DNA of 64,000 nt from an uncultured bacterium (GCA_964528395.1 CAZGTC010000004.1:26840-90839), one strand, 5' to 3'. Numbered from the stretch's first letter, positions 1 through 9,760 are shown. A program made the numbers and translations. Notes: generated from the letters alone by a model not told the origin.

Positions 1-47
1 TGCCTAGTTTCCGCAATCTCAATATTGAGGATAAAATATATCATCTA

Positions 48-1079
48 TTGAGATGTTTAGACGTTAGGTTGGCAAATAACATTGGATATATGGCTTCAAA
101 AGAAGAAATTAAACAATTCATCGTAGAAAATCATCGAGTAGATTTAACCTTACAAGCTATTTTGGATCATAAAGTCAGGAGATATTTCCCCAGCCATCCT
201 ACCCCTCCTAATAATCCCAAAAAACGTGCGGGTCGAAAAGGATATTTTTATCCTACAATATTAAAATTTCATGAGAGAAAAAAAGAAGAAATAGCAACCT
301 TCTTATATATAATGGAAAAAATTATGGCTAGTTTTAGAAGAAATAATCTTAAGGATGCCTTGGTTTATGATTTAGCAGCTGGAACTTCAGATATTGGCCT
401 AGCAATCGCTTATGGCTTATCTCATCAAAAAATTAAACAGGTTATCGCTGTTGATAGAGATCCAAAACAAGAAGGAAGAGCAGAAGACTTAATTGCAAGT
501 CTCAATCAAAAAGAAAACATTACAACGAATAAAATTCCTTGGGCTTATATAACAGATGATCTTAGCAACTACCAATATGGGAATGGTTCTGCTACTCCAA
601 CAATATTTTTATCTAAACATGCTTGTGCTATTGCAACTGATTATATCATCGAAGAAGTAATTCAAAAAAAACCTGAAGTCTATATTGGGATGACCTGCTG
701 CTATCAAAAAATGGTTACAGAACAAAAGGATCCCTCTGGAGCTTTGGCTCTAGCTACTTTTGTAAGTTTAAATAAACTTCATGATCGGTTTTCTTTTTTA
801 AACGGGTCCGACATATATGAAGCTATTCATGATATCGCCCTTGCTACCCATGAGGAAGAACGCCCTCCAATTTCAAGCCACACTACTCCGGTACGGCTAT
901 CAATGATTCTGATAGATGTGATCAGAGCAAAAAAATTAAAAGATGCGGGATATAAAGTTGGTCTTGTAAAAGTCCCAGAAGAAATATCAAAAGCTAATCA
1001 CTTTTTAATTGCTATACAACCTGGGCTATCCCCAGAATTAGAAGAAATAATCGATAAATATAGCATTATTATTTTGTAA
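48..1079 (+). CDS. Hypothetical protein, possible class I SAM-dependent methyltransferase (start may be ATG at 90).
   Basis: ORF of 343 aa. VYDLAAGTSDIG resembles Rossmann-fold MTase motif I, followed by an acidic IAVDRD strand end. No other recognisable motifs. Confidence 0.35.
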   Translation: MRCLDVRLANNIGYMASKEEIKQFIVENHRVDLTLQAILDHKVRRYFPSHPTPPNNPKKRAGRKGYFYPTILKFHERKKEEIATFLYIMEKIMASFRRNNLKDALVYDLAAGTSDIGLAIAYGLSHQKIKQVIAVDRDPKQEGRAEDLIASLNQKENITTNKIPWAYITDDLSNYQYGNGSATPTIFLSKHACAIATDYIIEEVIQKKPEVYIGMTCCYQKMVTEQKDPSGALALATFVSLNKLHDRFSFLNGSDIYEAIHDIALATHEEERPPISSHTTPVRLSMILIDVIRAKKLKDAGYKVGLVKVPEEISKANHFLIAIQPGLSPELEEIIDKYSIIIL

Positions 1080-1189
1080 AACTTCCCCTCATTATTTAGT
1101 GCTCAAAAACCTCCATTCTAATGGCTCGCTTTACAAATTTTCGCAAAAAAAATGATATAATATATTTTCTTTTTTTAGGAGGCGCATGC

Positions 1190-2269
1190 ATGTCTTATAA
1201 TGTTACTTTGATCCGCGGAGATGGCGTAGGCCCGGAACTCGCTGAAGCTGCAAAAAGGGTTTTAGACGCAACCAAGATTAAATTTAATTGGGACATCGTG
1301 GATGCTGGGGTGGATATTATGGAAAAATACGGCACGCCCCTGCCCGATGAAGTGCTGCAATCCATCCGCAAAAATAAAGTTGCCATAAAAGCCCCGATCA
1401 CCACCCCGATTGGCACGGGTTTTCGCTCGGTAAATGTTGCTCTAAGAAAAGAACTCGATTTATACGCCTGCCTTCGGCCCGCCAAATATTTTCTCGGAGT
1501 CCGCACCCATTATACGAATGTTGATCTAGTAATTGTCCGAGAAAATACCGAAGACCTATATGCTGGCATTGAATTTGAGCAGGGAAAACCTGAAACCAAA
1601 AGAATTATTGAAGCCATAGAAAAAGAAGGCAAAAAAACGATCCGCAAAGATTCCGGGATCTCGATCAAGCCAATTTCTATCTCTGGGACTGAAAGGATCG
1701 TGCGCTTTGCTTTTGATTATGCTGTAAAAAATAACCGCAAAAAAGTAACTTCCATTACCAAAGCCAATATTATGAAGTTTACGGACGGCCTATTTATGGC
1801 AACTTCGCAAAAAGTCGCCAAAGATTATCCAAAAATTGAGTACGAGGACCGCTTAATTGATAATATGTGCATGCAGCTCGTACAAAAGCCCGAGCTCTAT
1901 GATGTTTTGGTGCTTCCTAATTTATACGGCGATATTATCTCTGATCTTTGCGCAGGCTTGGTAGGCGGCTTAGGAGTTGCGCCTGGCGCCAATATCGGTG
2001 ATAACTGCGCGGTATTTGAAGCAGTACACGGTTCTGCCCCAAAATACAAAGGACAAAACAAAGTTAATCCAACTGCCATGATTTTATCCGGGGTCATGAT
2101 GTTAAATTACCTTGGAGAAAAAACAGCAGCAGAAAAACTGGAAAAAGCCGTAGCTGATGTTATAAAAGAAGGCAAAAATGTAACTTATGACATGAAACCC
2201 AATCGAGATGATCCCGCGGCTATTGGCACGCAAGAAATGGCGGATGCAATCATAAAAAAGATAAACTAA
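1190..2269 (+). CDS. icd: Isocitrate dehydrogenase (isocitrate/isopropylmalate dehydrogenase family).
   Basis: [10 protein letters not shown] and [18 protein letters not shown] closely match the E. coli Icd motifs. AGGAGG lies 7 nt upstream of the in-frame ATG at 1190; the 1121 start adds a non-conserved leader. Confidence 0.8.
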   Translation: MSYNVTLIRGDGVGPELAEAAKRVLDATKIKFNWDIVDAGVDIMEKYGTPLPDEVLQSIRKNKVAIKAPITTPIGTGFRSVNVALRKELDLYACLRPAKYFLGVRTHYTNVDLVIVRENTEDLYAGIEFEQGKPETKRIIEAIEKEGKKTIRKDSGISIKPISISGTERIVRFAFDYAVKNNRKKVTSITKANIMKFTDGLFMATSQKVAKDYPKIEYEDRLIDNMCMQLVQKPELYDVLVLPNLYGDIISDLCAGLVGGLGVAPGANIGDNCAVFEAVHGSAPKYKGQNKVNPTAMILSGVMMLNYLGEKTAAEKLEKAVADVIKEGKNVTYDMKPNRDDPAAIGTQEMADAIIKKIN

Positions 2270-2270
2270 T

Positions 2271-2852
2271 ATGCAGCAATTTTTTATTATTATTCTTAGC
2301 GCGGTTTTTATCAATAATTTTATCCTCTCTCGTTTTCTGGGAATTTGTCCTTTTTTGGGGGTATCTTCGCAGATAGAAGCATCAATCGGCATGGGATCTG
2401 CGGTTATATTTGTCATGACCATGGCTTCAGCTGCAGCATGGCTGATCCAGTCTTTTATTTTGAACCCCTTTGGCTTGGGATTTTTACAAACCATTTTTTT
2501 TATTTTAATTATTGCGGCTCTTGTCCAGCTAACTGAATTTGTTATCAATAAATACAGCCCCGCCCTAAAACAAGCATTGGGAATTTACCTGCCTTTAATT
2601 ACTACGAATTGCGCGGTTTTAGGAGTTTCTATCCTAAATATCATGAAAAATTACTCCTTTATTGAAAGCACCGTAAATGGCGCAGCTTCGGGCATTGGTT
2701 TTACCCTGGCACTGGTTTTGATGGCTGGGATAAGGGAGAGGCTGGATCTGGCCCCCATCCCCAAACCGCTTAAAGGCGTGCCCATTACCCTAATTACTGC
2801 GGCCTTGATGTCCATAGCATTTTTGGGATTTATCGGCTTAATTACAGAATAG
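2271..2852 (+). CDS. rnfA: Rnf electron-transport complex subunit A (RnfA/NqrE family).
   Basis: 193-aa polytopic membrane protein. Hallmark RFLGICPFLGVS motif. Adjacent to an RnfB-like gene. Confidence 0.8.
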   Translation: MQQFFIIILSAVFINNFILSRFLGICPFLGVSSQIEASIGMGSAVIFVMTMASAAAWLIQSFILNPFGLGFLQTIFFILIIAALVQLTEFVINKYSPALKQALGIYLPLITTNCAVLGVSILNIMKNYSFIESTVNGAASGIGFTLALVLMAGIRERLDLAPIPKPLKGVPITLITAALMSIAFLGFIGLITE

Positions 2853-2859
2853 GTTTTTT

Positions 2860-3669
2860 ATGGAAACTATTATTTTATCGATTCTATTTTTAACTGGCTT
2901 GGGCCTGCTCTCCGGCCTTGGCTTGGGCTATGCTTCAGAAAAATTCAAGGTAGAAATTGACCCTCGCGTTGCAGCAGTTTTAAAAGCTCTTCCGGGCAGC
3001 AATTGCGGTGCCTGCGGAAAAGCTGGCTGTATGGGGCTAGCTGAAGCGATCGTAAAAGGGGAAGCCGAGGCCAATGCCTGCCTAGCCGGGGGACAAGAAG
3101 TTGCAGAGGCTGTCTGCAAAGCCTTGGGCCAACAAACCCAGCCAGAAACGCGCTCTCCCCAAACTGCAGTTATAAAATGCGGATCTGGCCGTGCGATCTG
3201 CGCCTCTAAATTTGATTATATTGGGGAAGAAACCTGCAAAGATGCCGCGGCTATTGCCGGGGGATTCCTGGCCTGCTCAAAAGGCTGTTTGGGGTACAAT
3301 GATTGTATAAAAGTTTGCCCTTTTGATGCTATGTTCCCTAATCCTGAAAAAGGAAAACCTCCAATTATCGACCGGGAAAAATGCCGGGCCTGCGAGAAAT
3401 GCATTAAAGAATGCCCGCGCAATGTTATTATTCTAGAGCCTAAGAAGCGCGAAGTAACCATGCTCTGCGCCAGCATAGATAAAGGCGCGCAAACTAGAAA
3501 AGACTGCAAAATTGGCTGCATTGCCTGCCAAATTTGCGTAAAAAAATGCCCGGTTCAAGCCATCACGATGTTCGGCCGCATTCCTGTAGTAGATGAGGAA
3601 AAATGCACTTTGTGCGGAGAATGCATCAAAGCCTGCCCGACAAAAACCATTGTTAATTATAAAAGCTAA
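2860..3669 (+). CDS. rnfB: Rnf complex subunit B (polyferredoxin).
   Basis: N-terminal TM helix, a CGACGKAGC cluster, and three CxxCxxCxxxCP 4Fe-4S ferredoxin motifs. Confidence 0.8.
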   Translation: METIILSILFLTGLGLLSGLGLGYASEKFKVEIDPRVAAVLKALPGSNCGACGKAGCMGLAEAIVKGEAEANACLAGGQEVAEAVCKALGQQTQPETRSPQTAVIKCGSGRAICASKFDYIGEETCKDAAAIAGGFLACSKGCLGYNDCIKVCPFDAMFPNPEKGKPPIIDREKCRACEKCIKECPRNVIILEPKKREVTMLCASIDKGAQTRKDCKIGCIACQICVKKCPVQAITMFGRIPVVDEEKCTLCGECIKACPTKTIVNYKS

Positions 3670-3753
3670 GGATAAGCCCTTCGACTCCGCTCAGGGCACA
3701 ATACTGGACACCGAGCGCCGTGCCCGCCGGCAGGCAGGGAATCGAGGTGTCTT

Positions 3754-4617
3754 ATGAAAAAAAAGCCAAAAATCATCATTATTATCGGGCCAACTGCAGT
3801 AGGAAAAACCAAATACGCCATAAAACTTGCCGAAACCAAGAACGGGGAAATTATTTCCGCGGATTCCATGCAGGTTTATAAAAAAATGGATATTGGAACT
3901 GCCAAGCCAACAAAAAAAGAACAGCAAGGCATAAAACATTATCTTCTAAGCATAAAAAATCCGGATCAAAGCTGGACCGTTGCAGATTTTATTTTTGAAT
4001 GCAGAAAAAAAATCAAAGCTATCTTAAAAAAAGGCAAACTGCCGATTATTGTTGGCGGAACTGGCTTGTATATCAATGCCCTGCTCCAAGGATTCAGCTT
4101 CCCGATCATTGAAGCTGATTTAAAGTATCGGAAAAAGCTCTATAAACGCGCGGAAAAACAAGGATCCCCAAAACTGCATGAAGAACTCCAAAAAATTGAT
4201 CCTTATGCTGCCAAGAAAATCCATCCCCATGATCTAAAACGCATTATTCGCGCGCTGGAAGTTTTTCATAAGACCGGCCAAATGATTTCACAGGTACAAA
4301 CCAAAAATCCCCTATCCAATGAATATGATATCCAAATTAAATTCCTGGATATGCCAAGGGAAAAACTTTACGCGCGCATTAACCATAGGGTAGGCAACAT
4401 GATAAAAAAAGGGTTAATCAAAGAAGTAAAAAAATTAAAAGCCAAAGGATATGATAAAAATCTTCCCTCTATGCAAGGCCTTGGCTACAAAGAAATTTTT
4501 GATTACTTAGACAACAAAACTACCAAAGAAGCCGCCATTGATCTTATCAAACAAAAAACCCGCAACTTCGCCCGCCGCCAGCTTGTTTGGTTTAGGCGAA
4601 TTCTAAGAGAGCAATAG
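3754..4617 (+). CDS. miaA: tRNA dimethylallyltransferase.
   Basis: GPTAVGKT P-loop, ISADSMQVYKKMDIGTAKP and GGTGLY motifs typical of MiaA. Confidence 0.85.
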   Translation: MKKKPKIIIIIGPTAVGKTKYAIKLAETKNGEIISADSMQVYKKMDIGTAKPTKKEQQGIKHYLLSIKNPDQSWTVADFIFECRKKIKAILKKGKLPIIVGGTGLYINALLQGFSFPIIEADLKYRKKLYKRAEKQGSPKLHEELQKIDPYAAKKIHPHDLKRIIRALEVFHKTGQMISQVQTKNPLSNEYDIQIKFLDMPREKLYARINHRVGNMIKKGLIKEVKKLKAKGYDKNLPSMQGLGYKEIFDYLDNKTTKEAAIDLIKQKTRNFARRQLVWFRRILREQ

Positions 4618-5980
4618 TTTCAACATGATAGGTTTGGGGAAACATGTCCAGCGGGATAATCCTTTTGAGCTTGTAACTTGCCTCGCAAAATATTTTTAGA
4701 TCCCGCGCCAGGGTAGCTGGATTGCAGGAAACGTAAATAATCTTTCGCGGCTGGTTTTTTATAATCTCTCCGATAATAAAAGGAGAAATCCCCACGCGCG
4801 GCGGGTCAATAATAATTAGATCTTGTTTTTCCTCAAGAATGTTAATCGTTTTTTCTACTGGCCCAGCAATGAATGAAGTGTTTTTTATTCCATTTTGGCT
4901 GGCATTTTCCAGTGCATCCTCTATGGCAAAAGCATTTTCTTCTAGACCGATTACTTGCTTAGCTTTGCCCGCCAAAGACAGCCCCAGCCCCCCAACTCCG
5001 CAATATAAATCTGTGACTTTTTCTTGTCCGCTCAACTCCGCCAATTTTTCCACCAACATATAAAGCTTGGCGGTTGCCAAAGGATTGACCTGAAAAAAAG
5101 AAGGGAAAGAAAACCTTAGCTGCAATTGGTTTATCTTTTCTACTAAAAAAGACTCCCCAAATAAAAGGCTGTTAGCTTCCCCTAGAATCGTATTAGTTTG
5201 CTGGGTATTGATATTGATAAAAAAACCTTTGAGATTGATCTTTTTTTCTAGTTGTTCAACCAAGCGCTCGGCTTGCGGAAAAGTTTCCCCATTGATAGAA
5301 AATCCAGCAACCACAGCATCTTCTGTTAAACTGTGCCGGGCAATAAAATGCCGCGCCAGACCGGTATGTTTTTTTTCATCATAAACCGAAAACTCTATGT
5401 TTTTTAAAGCTTGAGCTGCCTGGTTGAGCATGGGATGGACGATCAAACAATTTTCAATGTCCACCACATCATGCGTCTCCTGCCGATAATACCCTAAGAT
5501 AATTTTTTCTCGCATACGGTTTGGATTTTGAAATTGGGATTTTATTTGGCTTTTGGCATTGGGATTTGGGATTTTTTTTATCGGGTAAGCGATTTTATTC
5601 CGATAATTCCACGGCTCTTCCATGCCCACAACATCTTCTACCAGATAAGAATCCATTTTACCGATTCTTTCCAAAGCTTCTTTAATCAAACTTTTTTTTG
5701 CTTTTAATTGGGCGGAATATTGTAAGTGCTGCCATTGGCAGGCTCCGCACAGCCCAAATACCGGGCAAGGAGGATCCGCCCGATCAAGAGACGGGGTTTT
5801 TAGTTTCGCGATCCGAGCCCGGGCGTAATTTTTCTTTTTTACTATAATTTTTAGATCTGCGATATCCCCTGGCGCGCCATAGTCTACAAACACTGGGAAA
5901 TTATCCAAGCGGCCAAAGCCCTGGCCTTCATTCACCAGTTTTTCTACCGTAAAATTTTCTATTACATCCCCTTGTAACAT
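4592..5980 (-). CDS. rlmD: 23S rRNA (uracil-5)-methyltransferase, RlmD/RumA family.
   Basis: N-terminal TRAM-like region. CGACQWQH Fe-S cysteine cluster. C-terminal SAM-MTase motifs (DLYCGVGG, IDPPR). Confidence 0.75.
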   Translation of the reverse strand: MLQGDVIENFTVEKLVNEGQGFGRLDNFPVFVDYGAPGDIADLKIIVKKKNYARARIAKLKTPSLDRADPPCPVFGLCGACQWQHLQYSAQLKAKKSLIKEALERIGKMDSYLVEDVVGMEEPWNYRNKIAYPIKKIPNPNAKSQIKSQFQNPNRMREKIILGYYRQETHDVVDIENCLIVHPMLNQAAQALKNIEFSVYDEKKHTGLARHFIARHSLTEDAVVAGFSINGETFPQAERLVEQLEKKINLKGFFININTQQTNTILGEANSLLFGESFLVEKINQLQLRFSFPSFFQVNPLATAKLYMLVEKLAELSGQEKVTDLYCGVGGLGLSLAGKAKQVIGLEENAFAIEDALENASQNGIKNTSFIAGPVEKTINILEEKQDLIIIDPPRVGISPFIIGEIIKNQPRKIIYVSCNPATLARDLKIFCEASYKLKRIIPLDMFPQTYHVETIALLEFA

Positions 5981-6008
5981 ATCTCCTCCAAAATGCTATA
6001 ATTCTAGC

Positions 6009-6677
6009 ATGGATATCGGACAGAGGATTGAATTCCATAGCCATTCTTTATTTTCCGACGGGATTTTGCTCCCAGCAGCCCTAGTTCGAGAAGCCGGGAT
6101 AAGAAATATAAAAGCCCTGGCCATTACTGACCATGCGGATGCTTCAAATATTGATACGGTTTTACAGCCTATCCTAAAATTTTTAAAAGCCGAGGAAAAA
6201 ACCCTAGAAGTAAAGCTTATCCCAGGCATTGAATTAAGTTATACCAAGCCCCAGGACATTGAAAAATATGCAAAACTCGCACGCAAACACGGGGCAAAAA
6301 TTGTTATTGTGCACGGGGAATCCCCAATTGAGCCGCTTTATCCTGGCACCAACCATTCTGCTGTCCAGCAAAAAGGCATTGTAGACATACTTGCCCATCC
6401 GGGCTTTATCACCAAAGAAGATGTGGAGCTGGCAAAAAAGAATAATATTTTTCTCGAGCTTTCTGCTAAAAACGGGCACAAAGACGGAAATAAGCATGTA
6501 GCAATTTTAGCTTTGGAAATTGGCGCAAAGATGCTGGTAGGATCCGACGCGCACAATGAAAATGGCTTAATTACCCAGGAACAAGCCCTGAATATCTGCC
6601 TCGAAGCCGGCCTCACCCAAGATCAAGCCCTCAAAGTTATCATCGACAATGCGGAAGAGTTGTTGAAAAGGGTTTAA
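6009..6677 (+). CDS. PHP-domain metal-dependent phosphoesterase.
   Basis: HSHSLFSDG and ITDHAD motifs of the PHP (polymerase/histidinol phosphatase) fold. 222 aa. Confidence 0.6.
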   Translation: MDIGQRIEFHSHSLFSDGILLPAALVREAGIRNIKALAITDHADASNIDTVLQPILKFLKAEEKTLEVKLIPGIELSYTKPQDIEKYAKLARKHGAKIVIVHGESPIEPLYPGTNHSAVQQKGIVDILAHPGFITKEDVELAKKNNIFLELSAKNGHKDGNKHVAILALEIGAKMLVGSDAHNENGLITQEQALNICLEAGLTQDQALKVIIDNAEELLKRV

Positions 6678-7909
6678 GCGAAAAAACGCGAAGCAGAAAC
6701 TATATACATGCCCTTTGTTTTTGCGCTTAAGATATTAGGTTCTTTAATAATTTGTACAAAGGGAACATTGTTTAAAAACTCCCTATGGCGATAGTGGTGT
6801 TGGGCTATCTCTTTGTCAGAAAGCTTGGCCTCACAGAGAAGAAAGGGTTGTTTATTCTTCGTAATCAAAAAATCCGATTCCCCGCCATCGCGAGAACGAA
6901 CAAAAAACAACTCATAATTCTCAACCAACAAATCATTCCATAAATCTACTCGGCTTTTAAGCTCAAAAGCCACATAATTTTCAAAACGTTTTGCTTCATC
7001 TGTTAAATCAAGCCAATTATAAAAGTAAACCTTTTTCTCTTTCTTCACTAATCGGCTTTTCTTTTGATAATACGGAGAAATTTCAAAAAGAACGTAAGAT
7101 AAAACTAGATAACGGATATAGTTTTTTATAGTATTAACATGAACATCTAAATCTTGCCGAAGCGAATTAAGTGATAAAGGAGATCCTATTTTGATCGGCA
7201 ATAAATATAATAAATCCAGAACTTTTTCCAGCATATGGATATGAGAAATATCGCGCAAATCCTCTTTTATAATCCTCTCAAAATAATCTTGCTGCCACTT
7301 TTTAGCAAATAAAGCATTATTGCTTAAAAAAGGCTCTGGAAAGCCGCTAAAATGCAATAGTTGTTCTAGTTCTGTTTGGTAGTAGTTCGGAAAAGAAATA
7401 AATTTTTCGATAGTAAGCTGGCCATCTTTTTCTGGAAGAATGTTTTTAACTGGTTTTTTTAAGATTTCGGACAGGATAAAAGGATTAAGCCTAAAAAGAA
7501 AATATCTTCCTGCCAAGCTATCTCCAGCTCTTCGAAATAGATCTAGCCGCGCACTTCCAGTAACAATGTAAGTAACTTTATTTTCATAGGTATCAAAAAA
7601 ATCTTTAAGAATATTTTTCCAACGGGGCATTTTATGTATTTCATCAAAACAAACCCAATAATGGTTTTTACTTCCCATATTAATAAGATCATTTTCTAAA
7701 AAAGAAGACTCTTCTCTAAACCGTTTTCGAACCGATTTTTTATCCCAATTATAGTAGAGCAAAGATGAATTAACTTTTTCTAATTGATGTTTTGCAATAG
7801 TCGTTTTACCGCATTGGCGGGGTCCAGCAATAAACCTCATTTGCCGGCCCATTTCAGGAGAAAAAGCCGCTTCTTCTAAAAATCTAGGGTAAATTTTATC
7901 TTCAGACAT
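6674..7909 (-). CDS. AAA-family ATPase (DUF4143/COG1373-type ATP-binding protein).
   Basis: Walker A GPRQCGKTT near the N-terminus. Overall architecture of the widespread archaeo-bacterial DUF4143 ATPases. Confidence 0.55.
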   Translation of the reverse strand: MSEDKIYPRFLEEAAFSPEMGRQMRFIAGPRQCGKTTIAKHQLEKVNSSLLYYNWDKKSVRKRFREESSFLENDLINMGSKNHYWVCFDEIHKMPRWKNILKDFFDTYENKVTYIVTGSARLDLFRRAGDSLAGRYFLFRLNPFILSEILKKPVKNILPEKDGQLTIEKFISFPNYYQTELEQLLHFSGFPEPFLSNNALFAKKWQQDYFERIIKEDLRDISHIHMLEKVLDLLYLLPIKIGSPLSLNSLRQDLDVHVNTIKNYIRYLVLSYVLFEISPYYQKKSRLVKKEKKVYFYNWLDLTDEAKRFENYVAFELKSRVDLWNDLLVENYELFFVRSRDGGESDFLITKNKQPFLLCEAKLSDKEIAQHHYRHREFLNNVPFVQIIKEPNILSAKTKGMYIVSASRFFA

Positions 7910-8027
7910 ACAAGATAATTATACATACTTATGCAAAAAAGTCAAGACTAAATTATATGATTATATAAATTAGTCAAGACCAGAACAGAATCTGTTTCAT
8001 TTTGGTCAGAAAAATAACAAACTAAGA

Positions 8028-8058
8028 GAGAGCTTATCTTTTTATCGACCTGCCTACC
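8028..8058. repeat. About 30-nt repeat AGAGCTTATCTTTTTATCGACCTGCCTACCC 3' of paralogue A, overlapping the hairpin 8049-8082.
   Basis: Near-identical copy at 9656-9686, 3' of the TA pair and of paralogue B. The hairpin is CCTGCCTACCCGGCC...GGCAGGCAGG. Confidence 0.6.
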
Positions 8059-8117
8059 CGGCCTACCGGACAGGCAGGCAGGTAAGCCCTCTTAGAAAAA
8101 ACTTTAATCTGCAATAA

Positions 8118-8981
8118 CTACATATTTGTATCGTATAAAATTCTTTTGCTTTGCTGTATTATTAGAGGTGCGATTTTAAAAGTTTGAGTTATATATGTCA
8201 TAGTAGGTTCCGCATAGAATTGTCCTTGTTCAATTGCAGCACCAGATATAGTATAAGTATTATTATAATAATTCACAATTCCTTCGGCATCTAGTTTCAT
8301 AAGGGCAGGATCTGTTTGTTTCGCAATTAAACGAATTATTCCGATACGATTATCAAAATCCATCTGAGAATTATCCCCAATCATTCCTTTTATAAAACTA
8401 ACATAATCACCTTTCCCTGGCCCACCAGGAACATCTTCTGCCATCTTAAATTTCCTCACTGGCTGTTGAAAAGGATCTAGGCCTTTTCCAATATAAACCA
8501 AATATGGAGAAGCAAAACCATTTACTTGATCAATTTTTTGTTTGGTTGACCAAGCATATAAATCAAATTTTCCCTTTGGATAAGTTCCACTGCTAACAAC
8601 GTCCTCAAAAACAATTTCAATTTCGATTTCGCCCTCATTAAAAACTACGGTCCTTTTATTCTGCATAACAGGAACCAGTGCTCGTTGAGCGAGATCCTTT
8701 AATGTATTTTGTAACCTAACCTTAAACTGTGTCTCATCTATTTGAATCTCATTTTTCTGTGTTTTCTTCATCTGATAAGTTTTTGGAGGAGCTCCATCTC
8801 TTCCCATCGCAGGCTTAACCTCTTCTACAACAATTTTTTTTGTGCCTTCTATACTCGAAACACCAGCCCCTTGGGATTGCTTCTCCTGCGGAATATCTGG
8901 TATAAGCTCAAAATCCTCCGCAATAGCCACTAGACCCAAAACCAAACTCAACCCCAAAAATAACATCAAAAACCTTTTCAT
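8118..8981 (-). CDS. Secreted hypothetical protein, paralogue A.
   Basis: Signal peptide MKRFLMLFLGLSLVLGLVAIAEDFE is nearly identical to that of the 9959..11263 ORF. GAAGGGGG RBS. Upstream and downstream flanks are shared with the paralogue. Confidence 0.5.
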   Translation of the reverse strand: MKRFLMLFLGLSLVLGLVAIAEDFELIPDIPQEKQSQGAGVSSIEGTKKIVVEEVKPAMGRDGAPPKTYQMKKTQKNEIQIDETQFKVRLQNTLKDLAQRALVPVMQNKRTVVFNEGEIEIEIVFEDVVSSGTYPKGKFDLYAWSTKQKIDQVNGFASPYLVYIGKGLDPFQQPVRKFKMAEDVPGGPGKGDYVSFIKGMIGDNSQMDFDNRIGIIRLIAKQTDPALMKLDAEGIVNYYNNTYTISGAAIEQGQFYAEPTMTYITQTFKIAPLIIQQSKRILYDTNM

Positions 8982-9023
8982 AAAAACCCCCTTCTTTTTT
9001 TTATTTACCTAAATCTTAACACG

Positions 9024-9055
9024 AGCATAATAATAATAATAATAATCAATGTCAA
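9024..9055 (-). promoter_or_regulatory. Putative sigma70-like promoter of paralogue A: TTGACA (9050-9055, minus), 20-nt spacer containing (ATT)6, TATGCT -10 (9024-9029).
   Basis: Hexamers read on the minus strand. Spacing is 20 nt, against 17 nt for the paralogue. Confidence 0.4.
9029..9046 (-). repeat. (AAT)6 trinucleotide tract inside the promoter spacer of secreted paralogue A.
   Basis: Direct read. Flanked by the conserved context AACACGAGCAT(AAT)nC, which is also present upstream of paralogue B with n=4. Confidence 0.8.
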
Positions 9056-9080
9056 TCTGGTTTTGGGGCATAAGTAAAAT

Positions 9081-9127
9081 TTGACATATAGTACGTAATA
9101 TGGTACGCTTTGGTCGAGGTGATAATA
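9081..9127 (+). promoter_or_regulatory. Putative promoter/operator region of the yefM-yoeB operon (TTGACA at 9081-9086; GTAC-containing inverted repeat AGTACGTAATATGGTACG; GAGGTGA RBS).
   Basis: Read from sequence. The -10 element is not confidently placed. Confidence 0.3.
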
Positions 9128-9370
9128 ATGACAACTTTAACTGCTAGCGAAGCAAGAACTCGGCTCTTTAAATTATTGGATGAAACCGCCTCCTCTCATG
9201 AACCCATTCAAATCAAAGGCAAAAGACATAGTGCGGTTTTAATTCCTTCAGAAGATTGGGAATCTATACAAGAGACGCTTTATCTACTTTCTATACCTAA
9301 AATGAGACAGTCAATCCAAAAGGGACTGGCTGTCCCTCTAGAAAAATGCAAAAAGAAGTTAAAATGGTAG
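9128..9370 (+). CDS. yefM: Type II antitoxin, Phd/YefM family.
   Basis: MTTLTASEARTRLFKLLDE N-terminus typical of YefM. GAGGTGA RBS 6 nt upstream. 4-nt overlap with the downstream YoeB-like toxin. The ORF track began at an upstream TTG. Confidence 0.7.
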   Translation: MTTLTASEARTRLFKLLDETASSHEPIQIKGKRHSAVLIPSEDWESIQETLYLLSIPKMRQSIQKGLAVPLEKCKKKLKW

Positions 9371-9630
9371 ATTGGCAATTAGTTTATACCGCTCAAGCTC
9401 AAAAAGATGCAAAAAAACTCTCACAAAAAGGGCTGCGTATAAAGGCAGAAAAAATTCTGACTATTTTAAAAGCTAATCCCTTTCAAAATCCTCCGACTTT
9501 TGAAAAATTAGTTGGGGATTTAGATGGAGCCTATTCACGACGCATAAACATCCAGCATCGGATTGTTTATCAAGTTTATAAGGTTTCAAAAACCGTCAAA
9601 ATTATCCGCATGTGGACGCATTACGAGTAA
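9364..9630 (+). CDS. yoeB: Type II toxin, YoeB/Txe family mRNA interferase.
   Basis: C-terminal SRRINIQHRIVYQV ... IIRMWTHYE matches the YoeB catalytic region (RRI..HRLVY..RYHY). Translationally coupled to the antitoxin. Confidence 0.75.
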   Translation: MVDWQLVYTAQAQKDAKKLSQKGLRIKAEKILTILKANPFQNPPTFEKLVGDLDGAYSRRINIQHRIVYQVYKVSKTVKIIRMWTHYE

Positions 9631-9655
9631 ATGTGTGTGTAAAAATAAAAACAAA

Positions 9656-9686
9656 AGAGCTTATCTTTTTATCAACCTGCCTGCCC
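9656..9686. repeat. Second copy of the 30-nt repeat (AGAGCTTATCTTTTTATCAACCTGCCTGCCC).
   Basis: 29/31 identical to the copy at 8028-8058. Confidence 0.6.
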
Positions 9687-9738
9687 CTCCTGACTTTCTC
9701 TTTTGTGTATCACAAGCAAAATTCAATATTTTGAAACC

Positions 9739-9760
9739 GATATCATAGGGACAAGTCGCG
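9739..9760. other. Perfect 22-bp palindrome GGGACAAGTCGCGACTTGTCCC between the TA operon and paralogue B; possible bidirectional terminator hairpin or protein-binding site.
   Basis: Direct read. No flanking U-tract. Confidence 0.3.

Noticed and set aside
1195-1506. Antisense or alternate-frame ORFs of 60-300 aa inside well-supported genes (for example 1195-1506, 2345-2536, 28259-29354, 31199-31522, 41015-41332).
   Set aside because: They lie wholly within longer ORFs that have clear homology-type motifs or long uninterrupted frames. They have low-complexity translations and no RBS. Treated as spurious.
3670-3753. GC-rich hairpins (GGGCAC…GTGCCC; GCCGGCAGGCAGGG) between rnfB and miaA, considered as an intrinsic terminator.
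   Set aside because: No downstream U-tract. Spacing to the miaA start is short. At most a weak structured element, so not called.
8992-9001. T10 homopolymer (A10 on the coding strand) in the 5'UTR of paralogue A, as an independent phase-variation tract.
   Set aside because: It lies in the UTR rather than in coding sequence or promoter spacer. Paralogue B has no equivalent. Noted within the SSR finding but not called separately.
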